A DNA stretch of 64,000 nucleotides from Gloeobacterales cyanobacterium (GCA_038245785.1 JBBRSB010000018.1:1-64000); one strand, 5' to 3'. Positions 39,512 to 50,363 are shown, numbered from the stretch's first letter. Numbers and translations are program-made. Notes: generated by a model not told the origin, from the sequence alone.

Positions 39512-41374
39512 ATGAAAATTCTACTCGTAGAGGATGATGAACATACGGCTGCTGTCCTTGCAGAATCGCTAACAGCTCATCACTATCTGGTGGATACAAC
39601 CAATAATGGTCAAACTGCCCTAGAGTTTACAAAAGCGTATGACTATGATCTGATTGTTCTAGATGTAATGATGCCTGGATTGGATGGTGTGAGCCTGTGT
39701 CGCCAGCTCCGCTTGCAAGGCTATCGGATGGCCATTGTGATGTTGACGGCAAAGGATAGCACGAGCGATCGGATCATGGGGTTAGAGGCAGGTGCTGATG
39801 ATTGTGTGATCAAGCCCTTTGATTTACCAGAATTGCTAGCTCGGATTCAAGCGCTACTAAGGCGGCCAAGAGAGACCTTTCAGGAGATTCTTAGCTGGGA
39901 AAACCTGAGGCTTAATCTCAACACGAGCGAAGTTACTTATAGCGAAAATCCTATCCACCTGACTCCGAAAGAATATGGTCTACTGGAACTTTTTCTGCGA
40001 AATCCCGGCAGAATCTTCAGTAGATTTGCACTTTTAGACCGTGTCTGGCCTCTTGGTGAATTTCCTGGGGAACAGGCCGTTAATACGCAGATTAAGGGGC
40101 TGCGCCAGAAGCTAAAAGCAGCGGGAATGAGCAAGAATTTGATTGAGTCCTTATATGGATTGGGATACCAGCTTAAACCTGCTTCAAATCAGGAAGCTAC
40201 AGCAAGGAAAGAGGAAACCAAGCAGAGCACAACGAAAGAATCCTTGCTCTCCCTAGTTGACATGGAAGTTATGGCTGATATTGCCAGGAGTTGGCTAAAT
40301 TTTAAGGAGAAATTGAGCCAACAATTTGAATTGTTTGAGCAAATAATTACTGATCTTTCAGCTGGAACTTTGGATCGTGAACGGTGGCAGCAAGCAGAGG
40401 CAAACGCTCATCGCTTGATTGGTTCTCTGGGCACGTTTGGTTTATCGCAAGGCTCAGAGGTCGCACGACAAATCGAGCAATTACTTCAGTCTGAAATTGT
40501 TTCAAATCAGCGTGCAGCGCTACAGCTTGCAGAATGGGTAACGCTGTTGAGGCAAATTGTAGAGCGAAGGAAAAAAAGTCCAGAAGTAAGGGAAGCCCTT
40601 TTAAGCAATGCTCCACCATTGCCTATTACCTCGGCTCGGTTACTGCTGATCAGTGTTGATAGTGTTTTGACAGAACAGATCAACACAGCAGCCCGCTTGT
40701 ACGGCTTGCAGGTAGAAGCGGCAACCAACCTAGCGGCAGCGAGGAAAGCGATTGCCCGTGAGCTTCCTGATGTCATTCTCCTAGACCTTCTCTTTTCTAC
40801 CCGTACTGAAGATGGATTGAGGCTACTGGCAGAGTTAGCTAGACAGAACCCATCTCTGCCAGTTCTAGTGTTCATAGAGGGGAATCAACTGATTGAGCGA
40901 GTCGCTATTGCGCGGTTAGGAGGTCGGGCCTGCTTACAAAAACCTGTTTCCTCTGAGCAACTGCTCAAGGCAGTGATTCAGTCGCTCAATCCAGTGCAAA
41001 GTGTGGATGCTCGGGTGATGATAGTGGACGATGACCCTCAAATATTGCAGAAGCTCGTGACTCTACTGAAGCCTTTGGGGCTTCAAGTCACCACCCTGGA
41101 TGACCCCCGAAAGTTTTGGGATGTATTAGAAGCATCTCGCCCCGATTTGCTGATTTTAGATATAAAAATGCCCAGTTTTAGCGGACTGGAACTGTGCCAA
41201 GTAGTGCGCAATGATCCCTACTGGCGAGAACTCCCGATTCTGTTTTTGTCTGCTCTGACGGATGAAGAGATGGTAAAACGGGGCTTTGCTGCTGGCGTAG
41301 ATGATTATGTGCGCAAGCCAGTAGTGGATACTGAACTCATTGCTCGTGTTCTGAATTGGTTGAAACGGTTTTAA
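39512..41374 (+). CDS. RcaC-like multidomain response regulator REC-wHTH-Hpt-REC-REC
   Basis: LDVMMP receiver; LTPKEYGLLELF...YGLGY wHTH; AHRLIGSLGTFG Hpt; two further receivers, the first partly degenerate. Confidence 0.92.
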   Translation: MKILLVEDDEHTAAVLAESLTAHHYLVDTTNNGQTALEFTKAYDYDLIVLDVMMPGLDGVSLCRQLRLQGYRMAIVMLTAKDSTSDRIMGLEAGADDCVIKPFDLPELLARIQALLRRPRETFQEILSWENLRLNLNTSEVTYSENPIHLTPKEYGLLELFLRNPGRIFSRFALLDRVWPLGEFPGEQAVNTQIKGLRQKLKAAGMSKNLIESLYGLGYQLKPASNQEATARKEETKQSTTKESLLSLVDMEVMADIARSWLNFKEKLSQQFELFEQIITDLSAGTLDRERWQQAEANAHRLIGSLGTFGLSQGSEVARQIEQLLQSEIVSNQRAALQLAEWVTLLRQIVERRKKSPEVREALLSNAPPLPITSARLLLISVDSVLTEQINTAARLYGLQVEAATNLAAARKAIARELPDVILLDLLFSTRTEDGLRLLAELARQNPSLPVLVFIEGNQLIERVAIARLGGRACLQKPVSSEQLLKAVIQSLNPVQSVDARVMIVDDDPQILQKLVTLLKPLGLQVTTLDDPRKFWDVLEASRPDLLILDIKMPSFSGLELCQVVRNDPYWRELPILFLSALTDEEMVKRGFAAGVDDYVRKPVVDTELIARVLNWLKRF

Positions 41375-41499
41375 ATTCAAAATCGTGAATTTAGTGCTTC
41401 AGGGAGCATAACGCTTCATACAGAAAGTTAAGGCTAAGTTGGCTGCCCAGATGTTTTTCTTGAGTATGATTTTTTACCCTACAGAAAGATGGCAAACAA

Positions 41500-42135
41500 A
41501 TGGAGCATCAAAAAACGTATGATTCACAGGAGCAATCGCACAATTCTCCAGGCCTAGCATTTGATATTGTTGCTCTAGCAGCCTCTGCTGGCGGCTTGAA
41601 CGCTTTGAGCCAGGTCCTCTCGCAACTACCTGCCAATTTTCCAGTGCCCATTTTGATCGTGCAGCATCTTGATCCCAGGCACCGCTCCCTGATGGCAGAG
41701 ATTCTCAGTCGCAGAACTCCGTTGCAGGTGAAGCAGGCTGAAGAAGGAGATCTCTTAACCGCAGGCATTGTCTACATTGCACCTCCCAATCGTCATCTTC
41801 TTGTCAATCCAGACCGGACCCTGTCGCTCAGTCAATCCGAGTTGGTGCATTTTCTACGACCCTCTGCAGACCTGATGTTTGACTCTATTGCGGCTAGCCA
41901 CAAAGACCTCGCGATCGCCTTCGTGCTAACAGGCACAGGGAAAGATGGAGCGATGGGCGTGCAAGCGATCCGCAAAATAGGTGGAACGGTGATTGCCCAG
42001 GATGAGGCAACGTCCGAATTCTTTAGCATGCCCAGCGCAGCTATCCAAATGGGAGCCGATTTTGTATTGCCCTTATCAGAAATTGCTGTTGCCTTAGTCT
42101 CTCTGGTCATGCAGCCTGCAGAAAATGATGCTTAG
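41500..42135 (+). CDS. cheB: Stand-alone CheB methylesterase domain protein
   Basis: AASAGG, VQH, RPSAD..F, LTGTGKDG, QDEATS.F.SMP; no receiver domain. Confidence 0.92.
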   Translation: MEHQKTYDSQEQSHNSPGLAFDIVALAASAGGLNALSQVLSQLPANFPVPILIVQHLDPRHRSLMAEILSRRTPLQVKQAEEGDLLTAGIVYIAPPNRHLLVNPDRTLSLSQSELVHFLRPSADLMFDSIAASHKDLAIAFVLTGTGKDGAMGVQAIRKIGGTVIAQDEATSEFFSMPSAAIQMGADFVLPLSEIAVALVSLVMQPAENDA

Positions 42136-42235
42136 TAAGCCATATGTGTAGTAATCAAATAATTGAGAGACACTCCAAGCGTTGTCCAATACCCTAGAGG
42201 GGAGGATAGGTCCTTAGGACAAGTGACCGTTCGCG

Positions 42236-44036
42236 ATGAAATCAGAGCAGCAAGAGCAAGCTTTTGGAGATCTTCTAAACCATCTACAACAAGAGCGGGG
42301 ATTCGATTTTACCGGTTACAAGCCCGCCAGTCTGAAGCGACGGGTGCTAAAACAAATGCAGACCCATCGCCTGGAAAATTTTGGCGAATACCTGGACTAT
42401 TTACAGGTTCACCCTGAAGAATTCTCGCTGCTCTTCAACACCATTTTAATTAATGTGACATCCTTTTTTAGGGACCGTGAAGCTTGGTCTTATCTACAGA
42501 AGGAGGTTCTACCGCAACTGATTGCCGCCAAACCAGAGCAATCACCGATTCGAGTATGGAGTGCGGGGTGTGCTTCAGGAGAAGAGCCTACACGCTGGCA
42601 ATTATTTTGACTGAAATCTTAGGAGAAGCGGCATTTCGGCAGCGGGTAAAAATTTATGCAACTGATGTAGATGAAGAAGCCCTAGAGCAGGCACGTCATT
42701 ATGGCTATCGTGCCCAAGACTTGGAGTCTATCCCTGAAGAATTGCAAGCGCGATACTTCGATGCTGGAGGGCAATATGCAGATCTTCGCCGCTCAGTCAT
42801 TTTCGGTCGTCATGACCTAGTCCAAGATGCTCCTATCTCCCGTCTCGATCTGTTAGTTTGCCGCAATACCCTCATCTATCTCAACACTGAGACACAGACC
42901 AAGATTCTGCGCCGATTTCACTTTGCCCTCAATGACACAGGGGTTCTATTTTTGGGCAAGGCAGAGATGCTGCTGAGCCACGCAGACCTGTTTACACCTA
43001 TCAGCCTGACCCATCGGATCTTCCGCCAGGTATCGAGAAGCAATGGACGCGAATTTCTTCTAGAATTACCTCGGACAAGCCAAACCGCCCGTAAAACTCT
43101 TGAGTCTTGCCTGCGCTTACAAGAGTTGGGCTTTGACGCTGTTCCCTCGGCCCATCTCATCATCGACTTCAGCGGTAAGCTCGTGCTTGCTAATACCCTC
43201 GCTCAGACGATGTTCAGCATTACGGCCATGGATCTGGGCCGTCTTTTGCAAGATTTAGAAATTTCTTACCGTCCTCTAGAATTGCGGTCTTGTATCGAAC
43301 AGGTATATCAGCAGCATCGCCTAGTTCTGGTTCAAAATGTGATTTGGGATGTGCCGGGCAAGAGCAGGCAGTATGTGGATGTACAAATCAACCCCCTGGA
43401 AGAGGAGAATGGCGAAATCCTCGGGATAAGTGTCTTTTTTATCGAGTCAGCCGCGCCCACGAACTTCAAGAGGAGCTTCAGCACGCTAACCAGGAACTGG
43501 AAACTACGAATGAGAAACTACAATCGACCAATGAAGAGCTAGAGACTACCAACGAGGAACTGCAATCGACCAATGAAGAACTGGAAACCATCAACGAGGA
43601 GCTCCAGTCCACTAACGTAGAATTGCAAACGATTAATGATGAGGTGCAGCAGCGTACAAACGACCTGAATCGGAGCAATGCCTTCTTGAATTCTATTCTG
43701 GCTTGCTTAAAGGCTGGCGTTATAGTGATTGACAATAGCTATAAAATTCTCAGTTGGAACAACGAAGCTGAAAATTTGTGGGGTTTACGCGCGCAGGAAG
43801 TTCAAGAGCAGTTTCTCTGGGCACTCGATATTGGCTTGCCTCTTGAACAGCTTAGGGAACCGTTGCGTAACTGCCTGACAGGGGCAACAGACCGACAAGA
43901 AAGCGTGATTTCAGCTACTAATCGCCGGGGCCAACCTATCCACTGTCGCCTCACGTACAATCCTTTAATGGGGCACGAGAAGGATATACAAGGTGTCATT
44001 ATCTTGATGGAAGAGACAGAGCTATGTAAACCGTAG
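42236..44036 (+). pseudogene. cheR: CheR methyltransferase-PAS-coiled coil-PAS fusion, split by two single-base frameshifts (real or assembly error)
   Basis: INVTSFFRD, WSAGCASGEE|YTLA (break ~42590), CRNTLIY, LGKAE; FFIE|VSRAHELQEE (break ~43446); ELQSTNEELETTNEE heptads. Confidence 0.85.
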
Positions 44037-44049
44037 AGAGTGTAGAAAA

Positions 44050-46542
44050 ATGGGTTTAGAGCAACAAATTCAAGGGGTCCAACAGCGGTTTGAGGCCATT
44101 CGACAGAATGCAGAGAATGCATCAACTCCGTCCCAGAATTTGCTGGAAGAAGCAATCACCGAACTGGGTATTACTCTAGAAGAGTTACAGGTCACCGCAG
44201 AAGAGTTATACCAGCAAAATGCGGAATTGCTGGCGACGCGCGAAGACCTAGAAGCAGAGCGCCAGCGCTACCGGATGCTCTTTGAGTTAGCGCCTGACGG
44301 CTACCTGGTGACCGATGCCAAAGGCGTCATTCAAGAAGCGAACCGTGCATCGGAAATACTGCTCAACGTACCCCGATCCCTACTAATAGGCAAACCGCTT
44401 GTTGTCTTTGTTTCTCCAGCAGACCGTCCTTCTTTTCGAACTCAACTGACCCAACTAGAGGTATCAGCCGTTCAAGCTATGGACCCAACCAGTAAGCACT
44501 TGGATAAGGAGCAAGATTGGGAAATACATATCCAACCACGGCAAGGGAAAGCCTTTCCGGTAGCGGTCTCTATTTCTGTAAGGTATACTCCCGCAAGCAA
44601 GAAGATAGCGAGCATCCACTGGCTAATTCGTGACGTCACCGAGCGCGTACAGGCCAATACCCTTTTGCAGCAGAGTGAGCAACGCTATCGCACGTTGACT
44701 GAAGCAGTCCCAAACATGATCTGGGTGGCAAATGCTGAAGGTTTTAGCTACGACTTCAACGAGCCATACCAAGAGTACTTGGGGATGACCATTGAAGAAA
44801 TCCGAGGTCACGGATGGATAGAGGCTGTCCATCCCGATGACAGAGAGGTAGCTCTGACGAAGTGGCAAAAGTCTCTACAAAACAGTACCCCTTTTGAGGC
44901 AGAGTATCGGTTGCGGCGAGTAGACGGTGTTTACCGTTGGCATGTTGTGCGGGGGTTACCTGTCTATGACGACCAAAAGGTTGCCCTGTGGATTGGTTCA
45001 TGTACAGATATTGACGATTTAAAACAAATGGAGGCGGCGCAGGGAGAAATTGGAGAACGGCTCACCTTAGCGCTGGATGCCGCAAATTTGGGCACATGGG
45101 ATTGGGATATGCAGACCAATCGGATAATTTGGTCAGGGCACCACAGTGACCTATTCGGCTTACCCAGCGGCACGTTTGGCAACTCTTTCGCCTCCTTTAT
45201 AGACTGTGTCCATCCTGAAGACCGTCCGCATATTCTGGAAGCGATTGAGTCAGCGAAGCAGGATAAAAGTTCCTATGCCTCTGATTTTCGGGTGATTTGG
45301 CCGGATGGTAGCCTTCACCATGTATCAGGAACAGGCAAGTACTACTACAACACAGAAGGGGAACCCATAAGGATGCTTGGGGTGGTGATGGACACCAGTA
45401 ATCGTAAAAAGGTAGAAGAAACCCTAAAGAAATTCAGTAAAGAATTAGAAATCCGAGTTCAAGAGCGTACACAACAACTCCAAGAAAGTGAGGAGCGCTT
45501 TCGTCACGCCTTCGACAATAGCGTCGCGGGCATAGCCTTAGTCGCCTTAGGCGGTCGCTGGCTAAAAGTCAATCCTGCTTTGTGTCAGCTTTTAGGTTAT
45601 TCAGAGCAAGAATTGCTCAGGTTGGACTACCAGACCGTTACCCATCAGGATGACCTGGAGCAGTCCCTTAATGAGGTGTACCAACTTCTGACCAGCGAGA
45701 TTGCCAGTGCCCAAATCGAGAAACGTTTTTTGCATAAACAGGGACACTCTGTTTGGGTGATTTGTAGCATGTCGATGGTACGGGATGAACAGGGGCACCC
45801 TCTATATATTGTCAAACAAATTCAAGACATCTCCGAACGTCGTGCGATAGAACAAATGAAGAGCGAGTTTATCTCCGTAGTCAGTCACGAACTGAGGACC
45901 CCCCTTGCTTCTATTCGTGGATCTTTAGGACTATTAGCTTCCGGTGTACTCGATGATGAACCTCTCACCACCAAGCAGATGTTGAGCATTGCAACCCATG
46001 AAGCTGAGCGCTTAGTACGCTTAGTCAATGACATCCTGGATTTGGAACGGTTTGAAGCTAGCAAAGTCGTGTTAGAGAAGCAGTGGTGCGATGCAGCCAC
46101 TTTAATGCAACAAGTGGCTGAAGTGATCAAACCTCTGGCGGAGGAAAGCAAAATTACGGTTTCCCTTCTCCCTCAGTCTCATTCAGTACCCGTTTGGGCA
46201 GCTCCTGACCGACTGGTGCAAGTACTGGTCAATCTCTTGAGCAACGCAATCAAATTTTCTCCTAGAGAAAGCACCGTAACCCTAACGGCCCAAAATCAGA
46301 TAGACCGAGTTTTGTTTCAGGTTCAAGATCGAGGAAGAGGAATCCCCGCTGATAAAATAGAGACTATCTTTAGACAGTTTCAACAGGTCGATGCCTCAGA
46401 CGCGCGCGATAAGGGAGGTACAGGGCTGGGTTTAACCATCTGTCGCAACATCGTTCAGAAACATGGTGGACGAATCTGGGTCGAGAGTGCGTTAAGGAAG
46501 GGGAGTACGTTTTATTTCACCTTACCGATTCCCTTGGAGTAG
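44050..46542 (+). CDS. Multi-PAS sensor histidine kinase with N-terminal coiled coil
   Basis: LEELQVTAEEL; four PAS/PAC domains (VHPDD, VHPED); SHELRTPL, NLLSNAIKFS, GTGLGL. Confidence 0.95.
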   Translation: MGLEQQIQGVQQRFEAIRQNAENASTPSQNLLEEAITELGITLEELQVTAEELYQQNAELLATREDLEAERQRYRMLFELAPDGYLVTDAKGVIQEANRASEILLNVPRSLLIGKPLVVFVSPADRPSFRTQLTQLEVSAVQAMDPTSKHLDKEQDWEIHIQPRQGKAFPVAVSISVRYTPASKKIASIHWLIRDVTERVQANTLLQQSEQRYRTLTEAVPNMIWVANAEGFSYDFNEPYQEYLGMTIEEIRGHGWIEAVHPDDREVALTKWQKSLQNSTPFEAEYRLRRVDGVYRWHVVRGLPVYDDQKVALWIGSCTDIDDLKQMEAAQGEIGERLTLALDAANLGTWDWDMQTNRIIWSGHHSDLFGLPSGTFGNSFASFIDCVHPEDRPHILEAIESAKQDKSSYASDFRVIWPDGSLHHVSGTGKYYYNTEGEPIRMLGVVMDTSNRKKVEETLKKFSKELEIRVQERTQQLQESEERFRHAFDNSVAGIALVALGGRWLKVNPALCQLLGYSEQELLRLDYQTVTHQDDLEQSLNEVYQLLTSEIASAQIEKRFLHKQGHSVWVICSMSMVRDEQGHPLYIVKQIQDISERRAIEQMKSEFISVVSHELRTPLASIRGSLGLLASGVLDDEPLTTKQMLSIATHEAERLVRLVNDILDLERFEASKVVLEKQWCDAATLMQQVAEVIKPLAEESKITVSLLPQSHSVPVWAAPDRLVQVLVNLLSNAIKFSPRESTVTLTAQNQIDRVLFQVQDRGRGIPADKIETIFRQFQQVDASDARDKGGTGLGLTICRNIVQKHGGRIWVESALRKGSTFYFTLPIPLE

Positions 46543-46550
46543 AAATTGCT

Positions 46551-46940
46551 ATGTCCACCAAGTGCATTCTCTTGATTGATGATGAAAAAGACCTGAGTGC
46601 GGTGATTCAGACTTGTCTAAGAAAATTGGGGGGTTGGAAAGTACTGATGGCTCAATCAGGCCACGAAGGACTACAAAAAGCCGGAACTGAGCAACCTGAT
46701 GCCATTTTGCTCGATGTGATGATGCCGGATATGGATGGCTTTACCGTTCTAAGTAATCTCCAGGGGAATCCTGCGACCCAAAACATCCCCGTCATTTTGC
46801 TAACAGCCAAGGTTCAGCCTGCAGACCATCATCAATATGCCCTGTTAGGCATCGCCGGAGTGATTACCAAACCCTTCGACCCCTTGAAAATATCTCACCA
46901 AGTAGCGGAGAAGCTAGGCTGGTCCTCAGAAGCAAAATGA
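46551..46940 (+). CDS. Single-domain response regulator (paralogue of 27383)
   Basis: IDDE, LLDVMMPDMDG, LTAK, KPFDP. Confidence 0.95.
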   Translation: MSTKCILLIDDEKDLSAVIQTCLRKLGGWKVLMAQSGHEGLQKAGTEQPDAILLDVMMPDMDGFTVLSNLQGNPATQNIPVILLTAKVQPADHHQYALLGIAGVITKPFDPLKISHQVAEKLGWSSEAK

Positions 46941-47013
46941 GGGATTCAGGAGATAAATGCGTAAATCCTGCATTTATTACCCTTTATTACAGAAAATAGG
47001 AAAAATTTCGCTT

Positions 47014-47046
47014 CCTCATCATTTCCTCACTTTTCCCCTTTACCTT
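47014..47046 (+). promoter_or_regulatory. CCTCA direct-repeat box + -10 (copy 5)
   Basis: CCTCA tcattt CCTCA cttttcccctt TACCTT, upstream of DUF2949-Crp-Trx. Confidence 0.7.
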
Positions 47047-47100
47047 TGAACAACCATCTCCGAATCTCACATGTTCGCTCATAGGAAGGCTAAGGTACTC

Positions 47101-47316
47101 ATGACATACGAGAACTACCTCCAGTTTATTCACTTCTTACAGGAAGAATTAGCAATTTCCACTCGTGCTATTGCTTGTGCGGAGCGTATACGTAAAAGGA
47201 TCTCACCCTATGAGAAGAATCAAAGCTCTCACCTACTTTCCATGATTCTTTGGCAACATGGGCTGATGGACATTGAACAATTGAATCGCAGCTTTGCCTG
47301 GTTAGAAGGAGCCTAA
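47101..47316 (+). CDS. DUF2949 family protein
   Basis: FIHFLQEELAIS..AI......L.MILWQ.GL....QL...FAWLE. Confidence 0.8.
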   Translation: MTYENYLQFIHFLQEELAISTRAIACAERIRKRISPYEKNQSSHLLSMILWQHGLMDIEQLNRSFAWLEGA

Positions 47317-47376
47317 TGCTAGATAGTTTCTACAAATCAATCCACTCTGAACTTATTTCTACAATGCAGGCATTCT

Positions 47377-48015
47377 ATGTACTCTTCTCCTCCTACCCTC
47401 ACCCTGGCTGTTGACCTGAAAGGACGAGTATTTAAGCAACAGGAACGGATTCCACTTCATGACAGCTATCTCTGGAAGATCAATGAAGGTACGGTTCGTA
47501 CGCTCACATGGAGTAAAGAAGGAACCTTAGTTACTCTAGGGCTTTGGGGTCCAGGAGATGTCATTGGCAAACCCCTATCTAGGACAAATCCCTACCTGAT
47601 TGAATGTTTGGAAACTGTAAGAGTTGTGGCTGTGCCCACGTACCTGTGGAATCGAGAACTCGATGCCATACTCCTTCATGCTCAATATGTAGAAGAGCTA
47701 CTCACTATTGTTCACAATGAAACAATCTATTTGCGCTTATTGGAATTCTTAATTTGGCTTGCTAACAGGTTTGGTTTTGAAGTTGAGCAAGGAAGGTTAA
47801 TTAATCTCCAATTGACCCATCAAGAAATCGCTGAAACGATTGCTGCAACACGAGTAACCGTGACCCGTGTTCTTGGAGTTTTAGAACAGGAAGGTAAGCT
47901 CTTTCGGAAGAATAGAAAATTAATTTTGCCCTACTCAGTTTATTGTTCTAAGACGATCGCAGTCGAAAGAAGTCGCCCAACTGGAAGTTATTTAACTGAG
48001 GGAAAACAGCTATGA
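47377..48015 (+). CDS. Crp/Fnr family transcriptional regulator (short cyanobacterial type)
   Basis: G.VRTLTW...G...TLG.WG.GD..G; LTHQEIAETIAATRVTVTRVL HTH. Confidence 0.92.
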   Translation: MYSSPPTLTLAVDLKGRVFKQQERIPLHDSYLWKINEGTVRTLTWSKEGTLVTLGLWGPGDVIGKPLSRTNPYLIECLETVRVVAVPTYLWNRELDAILLHAQYVEELLTIVHNETIYLRLLEFLIWLANRFGFEVEQGRLINLQLTHQEIAETIAATRVTVTRVLGVLEQEGKLFRKNRKLILPYSVYCSKTIAVERSRPTGSYLTEGKQL

Positions 48016-48362
48016 GCACACCAGTTAATTTAGCAAATAGCGAATGGCAGGAAATGTATACTTATAAGGGGCTCACTGTAGTCAATTGTTGGGCATCTTG
48101 GTGTGCCCAGTCTCAGAATATTATCCCTTTAGTTGACAAACTAGCTGATGAGTATAAAGACCGCATCAAAGTGCTCAAACTCAATATAGATGAGAACCAG
48201 GCAATAGCTAGTGAACTTGGGCTCCTGGGTCTTAATAGCCTTCCTATTACTTTTATCTTCAAATCCGGCAAATTAGTGGAAACGGTAGCAGGTTTGGCTC
48301 CCTACGAAGCTTTTCGTGAAGCCATTCGCAAACATCTCAGGGAAGGAAAGAGCGTGCATTAA
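48012..48362 (+). CDS. Thioredoxin-like protein, atypical WCAQS site
   Basis: CWASWCAQS, KLNIDEN, FKSGK.V.TVAG; start overlaps the Crp stop. Confidence 0.85.
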   Translation: MSTPVNLANSEWQEMYTYKGLTVVNCWASWCAQSQNIIPLVDKLADEYKDRIKVLKLNIDENQAIASELGLLGLNSLPITFIFKSGKLVETVAGLAPYEAFREAIRKHLREGKSVH

Positions 48363-48384
48363 CTTCAGGTTGAGTATCTATTGC

Positions 48385-49138
48385 TCAAGATACTGCAATC
48401 TGACCGATATCTGCGGGTGTTAAATATGCTTGCAGCACTTGACCATCTAGAAACCAAATAATGCGACGGCTGCGACGGGCCATATCGGGTTCATGGGTGA
48501 CCATCACTACAGTAATTCCTTCCTCGTTCAGCGCTGAAAAAATGTCCATAACCTCCTGAGAAGTGCGTGAGTCTAAAGCTCCGGTCGGTTCATCCGCCAG
48601 TAAATAATACAGGCCGATTGACGATGGCACGAGCGATAGCAACCCGTTGCTGTTGGCCTCCAGAGAGTTGGTTCGGTTTGTTATTGATGCGATTTCCCAA
48701 TCCCATACGTTCTAATGCTTCCATCGCTTTTTGGCGACGTTCTTGTGTATGAATCCCTGCATAGACCATTGGTAACATCACATTTTCTAGGGCTGTAAGC
48801 TGTGATAAGAGATGAAATTGTTGGAAAACAAAGCCGATTTTCAAATTGCGAATATGGGCTAAAGCTTGGTCATCTAACTGTGACACATCCACTCCATCCA
48901 GTTCATAGTGACCAGAAGTAGGTTTATCGAGACAGCCAATGATATTCATCGCCGTAGACTTGCCTGAACCAGAGGCCCCCATAATTGCGCAGTATTCCCC
49001 TTTTCCTATGGTCAAATTGACATCAGAGAGAGCTTTTACTTCCGTATCTCCCGAACCATATAGCTTATAAATATGCTCTAGACGAATAATAGGCTGTTCA
49101 TTGGTTTTTGATAACGCTGAACTATTGTTACTTTCCAT
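48385..49138 (-). pseudogene. ABC transporter ATP-binding subunit (MacB/DevA/LolD type), +1 frameshift near 48603
   Basis: [17 protein letters not shown]; the Walker B LLADEPTG lies in a second frame (GTATTATTTACTGGCGGAT has one extra T). Confidence 0.85.
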
Positions 49139-49141
49139 CCT

Positions 49142-50359
49142 TCAAATCCCTCTCAAAGCAACAATCGGATCTAACTTTGCCGCTTGTCGTGCTGGAAATA
49201 CGCCAAAGAAAAGACCAATACCTCCAGAAACGGTCAAGGAAATCAAGATAGCCAGCGGAGACACCGTTGCTTTCAAAGGACTAAGAACACTGATAAGCAA
49301 AGTTCCTCCAGCACCAAGCAAGGTGCCGATTAAGCCTCCTACGGCAGATAGAATGACGGCCTCAATCATGAACTGAATCAAAATATCCTGTTGCGAAGCG
49401 CCAATCGCTTTGCGCAATCCAATTTCATGGGTACGCTCGGTCACTGAGACCAGCATGATATTCATAATGCCAATCCCCCCGACCAAGAGGGAAATACCAG
49501 CAATCGCACCCAACATAATCGTTAGTCCGCCAGTAATATTACCAATAATGTCTAGAACATCTTTTTGGGTTTGGACATTAAAGTCATCTTCAACCGTGAT
49601 TTTATGTCTCAGGCGCAGTAGATTGGTAATCTGAAACTGGGCTGCTCGGATACTCGATTCATTTTTAGCAGAGGCTGCAATAAACGTTAGCTCAATGCCA
49701 TAGGGAGAAGTTCTGCCCACAATCCGGCTAGCCATCGTGCTCAAAGGGATATAGGCTATATCATCTTGATTATTGCCTAGGAAAGCGCCTTTAGCTTTCA
49801 TCACCCCAATCACTAGAAAACTGACATTCTTAATCCGAATCTGTTGTCCTATTGGGTTTTGATTACCAAAAAGTTTCTTGGCCAATTCTGAACCTAAAGC
49901 TACCACTCGGTCGTCTCTTTTGACATCATCATTGGAGAGAAAACGCCCCCTAGCCACATCAAAGCTACGAACCGTGAGGAAACTTGGAGTTGCTCCTACC
50001 AATCCAGTATTGGTAGTTTTATTGCGGTATACGACCAATCCGCTAGCATTAACCTGCGGGGCAACGGATGTGATGGAAGGAACCTCCGCCGCAATAGCAT
50101 CTGCATCGGCTAATACTAAAGTTTTCGGCAGATTGGTGGTATGTCTCCGAGAAGTTTGGGTCCCAGCCGTTATAAACAATACATTCGGACCCAAAGATTC
50201 AAACTGTTCTGCCGCTAATCTTTGCGCCCCTTCTCCAATACCAATCATCGCAATCACAGAGGCAATACCAATAATAATGCCCAACATCGTAAGGCTACTG
50301 CGTAGCTTATTTGCTATCAGCGTCGTCGATGCCATCTTGATGCTTTCTAAAATATCCAT
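49142..50359 (-). CDS. ABC transporter permease (MacB/FtsX type)
   Basis: NKLRS.LTMLGIIIG, GGIGIMNIMLVSVTERT.EIGLRKAIGA, PA..AA.LDPI.ALR. Confidence 0.95.
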   Translation of the reverse strand: MDILESIKMASTTLIANKLRSSLTMLGIIIGIASVIAMIGIGEGAQRLAAEQFESLGPNVLFITAGTQTSRRHTTNLPKTLVLADADAIAAEVPSITSVAPQVNASGLVVYRNKTTNTGLVGATPSFLTVRSFDVARGRFLSNDDVKRDDRVVALGSELAKKLFGNQNPIGQQIRIKNVSFLVIGVMKAKGAFLGNNQDDIAYIPLSTMASRIVGRTSPYGIELTFIAASAKNESSIRAAQFQITNLLRLRHKITVEDDFNVQTQKDVLDIIGNITGGLTIMLGAIAGISLLVGGIGIMNIMLVSVTERTHEIGLRKAIGASQQDILIQFMIEAVILSAVGGLIGTLLGAGGTLLISVLSPLKATVSPLAILISLTVSGGIGLFFGVFPARQAAKLDPIVALRGI

Positions 50360-50363
50360 ATAC

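Noticed and set aside
43490..43640. 21-nt-period tandem repeats that could look like a CRISPR or VNTR
   Set aside because: They encode the ELQSTNE/ELETTNE heptad coiled coil of the CheR fusion; no unique spacers and no cas genes.
41500..44036. Chemotaxis operon
   Set aside because: No MCP, CheA, CheW or motility genes; the context is a transcriptional phosphorelay.
22134..46940. Chromatic acclimation (Rca/Cca) locus
   Set aside because: The regulators have RcaC-like architecture, but neither kinase shows a recognisable bilin-binding GAF domain and no phycobiliprotein genes are present.
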